Part shown: piece by piece, positions 58,418 to 64,000 of the stretch
Position numbering within the stretch: the first letter of the stretch is position 1
Layout: each line of letters starts with the position of its first letter
Source of the DNA: a virus
DNA length: 64,000 nt
Virus record (IMG/VR): IMGVR_UViG_3300025732_000030
Location: 14,500 to 78,499 of that record
Reading direction: 5' to 3' (one strand)
The notes under the pieces: generated by a model
Told to the model about the DNA's origin: nothing
Database searches by the model: none
What the model saw: the letters and a program-made list of their open reading frames with translations, nothing else
Made by a program: the position numbers and the translations under genes

Positions 58418-59001
58418 AATAGTCTTTCTTTTATAAATATTACTTCATCATCTGGCTTGTTAATTATCATTTCACAATAATCTGCCAAGTCAGAGTCCCA
58501 TGTTTTGTCACTGCTTTGTTTTCTTATAAAGTATTGAGATGTCCTCATGTATTGATAATTGTTTGCTTTATATTCTAAAACATATTTCTTTGCAGCTAAC
58601 AAAACTATTTCCCAGTCATAATTGTAGTTCTCAAAGAACCATCTAAATGCATTTTCTAAATTCTTAGAGTTAGATCTTGCATACTTACCACTAGCAAGTT
58701 TAATGCTCGGGAATATCTCTGAATAATTTTTTACATTATCTTCAAAATTATCTCCTAATAAACTTTTAGATGTTTTTTTCTTTGACTTCTTAAAAAACCC
58801 GTCAATCTCAGTAGTAAAGATAATACTTTTATCTGTTAATGTCAAGTCTTCTTTTAGCCATTCATTAGAAATTAATCTTTTTATTTCCAGCTCTTTGTTT
58901 ATATAAGAATTAGGAATTATACCATATTTTACACAGTGTAAAACATAATAACTATTTGGAGTTATTCCTTCTCCAATAAATCTTAAAAATATATCTTCCA
59001 T
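58414..59001 (-). CDS. Hypothetical protein, possible wHTH replication initiator/helicase loader
   Basis: N-terminal wHTH-like segment, then F.....EIFP...YMRTSQYFI, reminiscent of phage initiator C-terminal domains. Located upstream of DnaB. Confidence 0.5.
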   Translation of the reverse strand: MEDIFLRFIGEGITPNSYYVLHCVKYGIIPNSYINKELEIKRLISNEWLKEDLTLTDKSIIFTTEIDGFFKKSKKKTSKSLLGDNFEDNVKNYSEIFPSIKLASGKYARSNSKNLENAFRWFFENYNYDWEIVLLAAKKYVLEYKANNYQYMRTSQYFIRKQSSDKTWDSDLADYCEMIINKPDDEVIFIKERLF

Positions 59002-59002
59002 A

Positions 59003-59704
59003 CTACCACTTAATTATATTACCTGTTTTTTGTGCAACAAGCTGTTGCACTTTTAAAAATGCATTATCAGAGTTCCATTCTTTTTGTCTTGTATATGCTG
59101 CACTTGCCGGATGGCTTACAAATATTTTATGGTTGTCATCACTTACTAAGTCTGCCCATCCTTGGGCTTTTTTCCCCATGTAAATATAAATAATTTCTTG
59201 CTTATTATGACTAAGATAATCAAATAAATGTGCTGTAAAATCATTCCAGATATCATAATGCTGACCAATCTTACCTACTTCTGTTGTAAGAGCTGTATTA
59301 AGCATTAATATACCTTGATTAGACCATCTTTTCAGATCTACATCTGTACATACTTTGTTACCACCATAAATGGTTCTGTTAATCTCATCAAATATATATC
59401 TGAGACTAGGTTGTAATTTACCTGTTTTACTACAGCTAAATGAAATTCCATCAGCTTGATCAAGATGTGGATATGGGTCTTGTCCAACAATAACTACTTG
59501 TAATTTATCATATGGACATTCTTCAAATGCTCTAAATAGATCTTTTAGTGGTGGAGTAAATCTTTTATCAGAACTACTTAGCTCGTACAGCTTACTTAAA
59601 ACATCTGTAAATTGAGAGCTAAATATATAAGATTTAAAAAACATATCCCAACCACTTGGCTTTAATTTTTCAAACATTTTTTGTTTAATTTCTTCTAAAT
59701 CCAT
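59003..59704 (-). CDS. ung: Family 1 uracil-DNA glycosylase
   Basis: VVIVGQDPY, ADGISFS, PSLRYIF, QGILMLNTALT and SHPAS. Confidence 0.93.
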   Translation of the reverse strand: MDLEEIKQKMFEKLKPSGWDMFFKSYIFSSQFTDVLSKLYELSSSDKRFTPPLKDLFRAFEECPYDKLQVVIVGQDPYPHLDQADGISFSCSKTGKLQPSLRYIFDEINRTIYGGNKVCTDVDLKRWSNQGILMLNTALTTEVGKIGQHYDIWNDFTAHLFDYLSHNKQEIIYIYMGKKAQGWADLVSDDNHKIFVSHPASAAYTRQKEWNSDNAFLKVQQLVAQKTGNIIKW

Positions 59705-59712
59705 TTTTTTAT

Positions 59713-59720
59713 TATTTTTG
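59713..59720 (+). promoter_or_regulatory. Possible Bacteroidota -7 element TAnnTTTG
   Basis: TATTTTTG lies 14 nt before the lone + strand ORF at 59735. There is no clean -33 element. Confidence 0.35.
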
Positions 59721-59734
59721 TTAAAACTATTATC

Positions 59735-60046
59735 ATGTCAACCAAAGTTAAAGAAATTAAAGACAATGCAATAATTGAAATAAAAATCAATAAAGTGTTT
59801 TATTTAATGTTAAAGAAAACCCTGTTATATGTTTTCAAACAGGAGATTGATTCTGAAAAAGTTGCTGAACTTATTAAAAAAGTTACAGATAAAAATGCAG
59901 ATAATGAACCACATACAGAACAGGAATTTGCATTTAAAACTTTATTTCTTTTATTAGCTGAAATTGAGGCTCAGGCAGAAAAAACTGATCAATTTGAAGA
60001 AAAAGACTTGGAAGATATAAAAAAGTCCATGATCAACCCAGATTAA
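59735..60046 (+). CDS. Hypothetical protein
   Basis: 103 aa ORF filling the gap between two - strand genes, with normal phage composition. Confidence 0.7.
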   Translation: MSTKVKEIKDNAIIEIKINKVFYLMLKKTLLYVFKQEIDSEKVAELIKKVTDKNADNEPHTEQEFAFKTLFLLLAEIEAQAEKTDQFEEKDLEDIKKSMINPD

Positions 60047-60407
60047 TATTTAAATCTCTTCCAAGTTCAATGGCAGACTCTATAGCCATTGCTAATTCAT
60101 CTTTACTACAATCTTTAAAAGATTTGCAGTATTCTGCACCTCCTCCGTCATAACAGAGGCCAGCATGTTTTTTAACTATGAATTTCATTTCTTCAAATGT
60201 ATAGCCAATTTCTTTGGCTAATTCTCTAATACAGGCGTGGATTTTAGCTAATTGTGCTAAACTCCCATTGTCTGAAGTTAGTCCCATAAAGACTTCAACT
60301 TCCTGACCTTCTTGAAGCTTATCAAGAAATAATTCATAAGAAATCTTTGTTTTGTCAGTTATATAAACTAACTTTCCTTTCTTTTTAACAAGTTTAAAAT
60401 TGAACAT
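60033..60407 (-). CDS. NinB/Orf-like recombination protein
   Basis: SLAQLAKIHACIRELAKEIG...KSFKDCSKDELAMAIE matches the NinB helix pattern. Confidence 0.6.
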   Translation of the reverse strand: MFNFKLVKKKGKLVYITDKTKISYELFLDKLQEGQEVEVFMGLTSDNGSLAQLAKIHACIRELAKEIGYTFEEMKFIVKKHAGLCYDGGGAEYCKSFKDCSKDELAMAIESAIELGRDLNINLG

Positions 60408-60415
60408 ATAATTAA

Positions 60416-60438
60416 TTTTTGTATATTATAATATATAA
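60416..60438 (+). promoter_or_regulatory. Promoter-like motif similar to the late-arm motif
   Basis: tttttgtatattataatatataa versus tttttagtatatttaatatataa at 7283-7305. Confidence 0.4.
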
Positions 60439-60440
60439 AT

Positions 60441-61478
60441 ATGGCAAAAAAACATAAACTAGGAGAACATACAACAGTAAAAGAAAATACTAAAATTGTT
60501 CTTGAATATCTGGAAAAATATTTCAATACCCCAAGTAAGTCATTAGCACGAAAAATATATGATGAAAATAGTGCTTTTTTTGAAAAATTTGAAACTGTTT
60601 ATACAAGAGTTAGATATTATAGGGGACAATCTGGCCACAGTAGTAGAGCTAAAGTGGCTGACAAAAAATATTTTCATGAACTTAAAACCACAGTAATGCA
60701 CAATTTTGAATCAATACCAGCATCACTTACTAAAAAGAGAGAAACATTTACTATACCTACAGGTTGTAAAAAACTTGGTATAATAGGTGACCTACATATT
60801 CCTTACCATGATGAAGATGCAATAGAAACTGCATGTGACAAAATGGAACAAGAAAATGTAGATAGCATATTAATCAATGGTGACTTGCTAGATTTCTACC
60901 AAATGTCTTTTCATGAAAAAGATCCAAGAAATGTACACTTTAAAGATGAAATAGAAGCAGGTAAACAATTTCTTGCATATCTCCGTTCTAGATTTTCAGG
61001 CATTCCAATATATTTTATACCTGGTAATCATGAAAATAGATTTGAAAGATACTTAAGAATAAAAGCTGCTGAGTTACTAGACATGGATGAATTTAGATTA
61101 GATGTAATACTTCAAGTAGCTGCACACAGAATAGAATATATTCCATTTAGAACTAAAATAGTCTTTGGAGATTATATCATAGAACACGGAGATAAACTTC
61201 CTGGTGCAGGTGGTGTAGTTCCTGCTCGCACAGCTTTAGTAAGATTTAAAACTAATTGTATTATAAATCACTTTCATAAAAGTTCTCAAAGTTCTCAAAG
61301 AGTTTATGGAACAGGTGAACCAACTAATATAATTGGTTATAGCATTGGGTGTCTTTGTGATTTAGCTCCAGAATATATGGAAATAAATGAGTGGAACCAC
61401 GGGTTTGCCATATTAACTAAAACTAAAGATACAGTATCTGTAGATAATTATAAAATAGAAGGTAATACAATAATCTAA
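60441..61478 (+). CDS. Calcineurin-like metallophosphoesterase with N-terminal helical domain
   Basis: GDLHIPYH, NGDLLD, GNHE, EHGD, NHFH and GCLC motifs. Confidence 0.88.
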   Translation: MAKKHKLGEHTTVKENTKIVLEYLEKYFNTPSKSLARKIYDENSAFFEKFETVYTRVRYYRGQSGHSSRAKVADKKYFHELKTTVMHNFESIPASLTKKRETFTIPTGCKKLGIIGDLHIPYHDEDAIETACDKMEQENVDSILINGDLLDFYQMSFHEKDPRNVHFKDEIEAGKQFLAYLRSRFSGIPIYFIPGNHENRFERYLRIKAAELLDMDEFRLDVILQVAAHRIEYIPFRTKIVFGDYIIEHGDKLPGAGGVVPARTALVRFKTNCIINHFHKSSQSSQRVYGTGEPTNIIGYSIGCLCDLAPEYMEINEWNHGFAILTKTKDTVSVDNYKIEGNTII

Positions 61479-61795
61479 TGTTTCTACCAATAATCTTAAA
61501 AGACAAAGATGGTGAATATATTGAGCATTTGAATATAACTCACATTACCAGAACTTCATTTGTTAATGTGATGAATCCAGATGCAGGAACTAAGATCCAT
61601 TTAAGAACAGGAGAAGTTATTACAACTCCTGTCCCTATGGATATAGTTCAAACTGAAATAGATGATTGCTATAAGTCTGCTGCTGCAATGATAATGTTTA
61701 ACATTCTTGCAGAAAAAGCACAGCTTACAAAACTTACTGGGGGCGTTGATTTAGATAACCCTGAGCAAGAGCAACCTCCCGTAAATGTAATATAG
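61478..61795 (+). CDS. Hypothetical small beta-rich protein
   Basis: 105 aa ORF, TAATG-coupled to the phosphoesterase gene. Confidence 0.7.
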   Translation: MFLPIILKDKDGEYIEHLNITHITRTSFVNVMNPDAGTKIHLRTGEVITTPVPMDIVQTEIDDCYKSAAAMIMFNILAEKAQLTKLTGGVDLDNPEQEQPPVNVI

Positions 61796-62000
61796 AAGCT
61801 TTTGTAAGACTATCTGTATTTACCCAATCATAGTTATATACTTTCCAATCAGTTGTACTTTCATCACTACATGATGAGATTAAACTAAGTCCCGGCAATA
61901 AATCCAATGTGTAATAATAATAATCATAGCCATTTTGGCTTTCTTCATCTAAGACTTCAACTTTTTCAAAGCCTAAGTCTAGTAGTTCTTGTTCTGTCAT
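61734..62000 (-). CDS. Hypothetical protein
   Basis: MTEQELLDLGFEK start typical of small phage proteins. ATGA overlap with the upstream gene. Confidence 0.7.
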   Translation of the reverse strand: MTEQELLDLGFEKVEVLDEESQNGYDYYYYTLDLLPGLSLISSCSDESTTDWKVYNYDWVNTDSLTKASILHLREVALAQGYLNQRPQ

Positions 62001-62587
62001 TTCTCAACCATTGTTTCTAAGAACACTGTATGGTTTAATACTTCAAATGCATAAGTATGAGATAACTCTTCATATGCTTTATTTTCTTTAGTATATATCC
62101 CGTGTTCTTTAATTCTTAAATTCCTTAAATTCTGTATAGTTAATGTAACCATCATAAGATTATCTTTATCTTCTGATTTCATCATGCCTATGACATTCCT
62201 TATCTCAATGTCAGATAGATAATTAAACTTCTTTAGTAGCATTAACTCAGCCATATATACAAAGGGCCGGAATTCATCCTTTTTACTTCCCTTATGATAC
62301 ATATACCATAGATAGTTCAGATTACCATCTGAGCCTTCTGTTATATTATAATGTTCTTCTGCAATTGCTGCAATTAGTTTCTTAAGTTCCTGTGTTTCCA
62401 TTTTAAAATATATGTCTGGTAAATATTCTGGAAAATATTTTGGTAATAAAAATTTCATTAAATTACGCAATGTAGTCCAGTTTATATTTGGACCTTCTCC
62501 CAATGTAATTTCTTCTACACTTGGACTATTTGGGTTTTTATATCTTTGTTTTGCTACCCAAGATTTTAATTTATCCGTTAAGCCCAT
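61997..62587 (-). CDS. Hypothetical protein (alternative start METQE at 62401)
   Basis: 196 aa ORF containing the EIRNVIGMMKSEDKDN motif. Confidence 0.7.
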   Translation of the reverse strand: MGLTDKLKSWVAKQRYKNPNSPSVEEITLGEGPNINWTTLRNLMKFLLPKYFPEYLPDIYFKMETQELKKLIAAIAEEHYNITEGSDGNLNYLWYMYHKGSKKDEFRPFVYMAELMLLKKFNYLSDIEIRNVIGMMKSEDKDNLMMVTLTIQNLRNLRIKEHGIYTKENKAYEELSHTYAFEVLNHTVFLETMVEK

Positions 62588-62799
62588 CTACATCTAGAAT
62601 TGATGTATGCATTTGCATTCTTGTTAGATTCAAATAGCCTAATATCTCCGGCTTGATCCTCAACAAATTTCCATTTAGTAAAGAAATATAAAAACTTAAC
62701 CTTTTGTTGCACAGCAAACTTGGTTTCAGAGTATTCATTTCTTTTTACCATTAATATTCTATAACTTCTCCTTTCCTCCCCTGTTCTTAAAATAATCAT
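62578..62799 (-). CDS. Hypothetical protein
   Basis: 73 aa ORF with YRI...FAVQQKVKFLYFFTKW pattern, in the small-gene array. Confidence 0.65.
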   Translation of the reverse strand: MIILRTGEERRSYRILMVKRNEYSETKFAVQQKVKFLYFFTKWKFVEDQAGDIRLFESNKNANAYINSRCRWA

Positions 62800-62817
62800 A
62801 TGTGTTGGTTTACTTAG

Positions 62818-63039
62818 TTACTTATCTAATCTAATCTGATTTTCATCCAATATCTCATGGAACTTATCTCTAATTCTTTCTACCATTTTAAACTCATCAT
62901 CCTTGAGTTCCTCATACTTCCATAGTTGTCTTAGCTCTTGAGAAATATCCCATAGAGCTGAATACATTTTACTACCTTGAACAGCAAAATCAAATTCTGC
63001 TTGATCTTCAGGGAGTTGAAAAGTTAATTTTGCTTTCAT
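62818..63039 (-). CDS. Hypothetical phage protein (MKAKLTFQLPED type)
   Basis: 73 aa ORF with ATGA overlap. A common small phage protein pattern. Confidence 0.75.
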   Translation of the reverse strand: MKAKLTFQLPEDQAEFDFAVQGSKMYSALWDISQELRQLWKYEELKDDEFKMVERIRDKFHEILDENQIRLDK

Positions 63040-63269
63040 AGTTTCTCTAGTTCTTGTTTAATTTCTTTCCAATACTGCATTTTCTGATAAGAATTATCTG
63101 ACAAAGATAATCTATTACTGTTAGGAATGCTCTTCATTATCTCATCTACCATAATTAATGCTAACTGGACGGCTGAAGGATATAATATTTTTGTATCATC
63201 CAACATTCCAGCTGGATTATATGTTGATATTATCTTAACCATTTCCCTTGCTTTGTCCTTTGCACTCAT
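63036..63269 (-). CDS. Small protein, paralogue of the adjacent ORF
   Basis: MSAKDKAREM...ALIMVDEI...YWKEIKQELEKL. Confidence 0.75.
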   Translation of the reverse strand: MSAKDKAREMVKIISTYNPAGMLDDTKILYPSAVQLALIMVDEIMKSIPNSNRLSLSDNSYQKMQYWKEIKQELEKL

Positions 63270-63583
63270 AGTTTTTCTATTTCGTGTTTAACTTCTTCCC
63301 AATAGTCATAAAATGTATCCGCATCTTCTTCTAGAATAGGTAAGTCCATTTCTAATATCTCATCAACTGCAATTAAAGCACATTGTTTGGCATTATATTC
63401 ATCAGTAATGTAACCATCTACATCATCCCATTGCTGTGTTGGGGCAACAAACTTCCTAAATAGTTCTTTTGCTTTTTCTTTTGGTGTCATCTTATTTTGA
63501 TTTAAAATTAATTCAACTTTTTTATCAATTACTGCATCACCATGTTCATCTAACCAATCTGATATAATGTTGTTCTTTTTCAT
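63266..63583 (-). CDS. Small protein of MTPKEKA...VDEI...EKL type with a 31-aa N-terminal extension (internal start at 63490)
   Basis: MTPKEKAKEL...ALIAVDEIL...YWEEVKHEIEKL. Confidence 0.75.
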   Translation of the reverse strand: MKKNNIISDWLDEHGDAVIDKKVELILNQNKMTPKEKAKELFRKFVAPTQQWDDVDGYITDEYNAKQCALIAVDEILEMDLPILEEDADTFYDYWEEVKHEIEKL

Positions 63584-63584
63584 C

Positions 63585-63983
63585 TTACTCTGGTATTACT
63601 ATATTATGTTCCTTTCTATACTCTATTTCTTTTTTAATAAGATTCTGGTGCCATTCTGCACCACCATACTCTAAGACAGCCTCTAACCAGTCATCATTCA
63701 TGTCACATAGCTTTACCCACTTTAGTGGCTCTTTACCATCCTTGCCTCTTCCTCCTCTTGTTGCATACTGTCTGACTACATCAAATGGAGCTGTGTCATA
63801 GACTGTGTGGATTTCTATTTTGTCCATATCTTTAGCCCCGTATCTAAGATATTCTGTACCTCCATCTACTGTGGCTTGATTAGGACAAGAGCATGTTACA
63901 TAGTCATGCCTGTGATAACTTATAATAGTCTCACCACAGACCAAACATTTGACTGAATTATATACTATCTGTCTGTCTTTCAT
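63585..63983 (-). CDS. Zn-finger protein (CxxC...HD...CxC...VDGG)
   Basis: CLVCGETIISYHRHDYVTCSC..ATVDGG. Confidence 0.8.
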   Translation of the reverse strand: MKDRQIVYNSVKCLVCGETIISYHRHDYVTCSCPNQATVDGGTEYLRYGAKDMDKIEIHTVYDTAPFDVVRQYATRGGRGKDGKEPLKWVKLCDMNDDWLEAVLEYGGAEWHQNLIKKEIEYRKEHNIVIPE

Positions 63984-64000
63984 CTTATTCTGATTTAAAG

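Larger units (their letters stand above)
1..64000. mobile_element. crAss-like (Crassvirales-type) bacteriophage genome segment
   Basis: Tail gene, then cargo genes, then three giant genes including a DFDxD virion RNAP, converging on an oppositely oriented PolB/primase/DnaB module. This matches established crAss-like organisation. No host housekeeping genes or integrase seen. Confidence 0.9.

Noticed and set aside
1-64000. Stop-codon reassignment, as in some crAss-like lineages
   Set aside because: Genes up to 12.6 kb are open in the standard code. TAG (47608, 59003, 61795) and TGA (48599, 54178, 58414) end genes right at the neighbouring gene boundary.
43178-64000. tRNA or other known ncRNA genes in intergenic gaps
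   Set aside because: The gaps are about 100 bp or less and contain only simple hairpins, with no cloverleaf or T-loop signature.

Overview
The whole window is part of an AT-rich, crAss-like (Crassvirales-type) phage genome, probably infecting a Bacteroidota host, and it uses the standard genetic code. The + strand arm (1-43177) is virion/late genes. It holds a truncated tail stabilisation-type protein, five putative head cargo proteins and three giant ejection proteins (2142, 4207 and 2066 aa). The middle giant is the virion RNA polymerase (DFDVD motif). A bidirectional terminator at about 43.2 kb separates this arm from a mostly - strand replication/early arm: PolB, PD-(D/E)XK nuclease, MoxR ATPase plus vWA/zincin, GIY-YIG, primase, putative SSB, AAA ATPase, DnaB, UNG, NinB-like, a metallophosphoesterase and small cassette-like genes. 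The main signals worth follow-up are: (1) by my read the three giant proteins contain only four cysteines in about 8,400 aa, all at the termini that face each other, suggesting head-to-tail covalent linkage; (2) recurring xxGG motifs delimit enzyme modules in cargo proteins; (3) candidate injected ADP-ribosyltransferase and NADAR-like domains; (4) a shared 'M-x-x-S-x-D-x-D-N' motif in three proteins, two of them flanking the MoxR/vWA pair; (5) repeated junction sequences between small early genes. All family assignments come from motif recognition by eye, not database searches.
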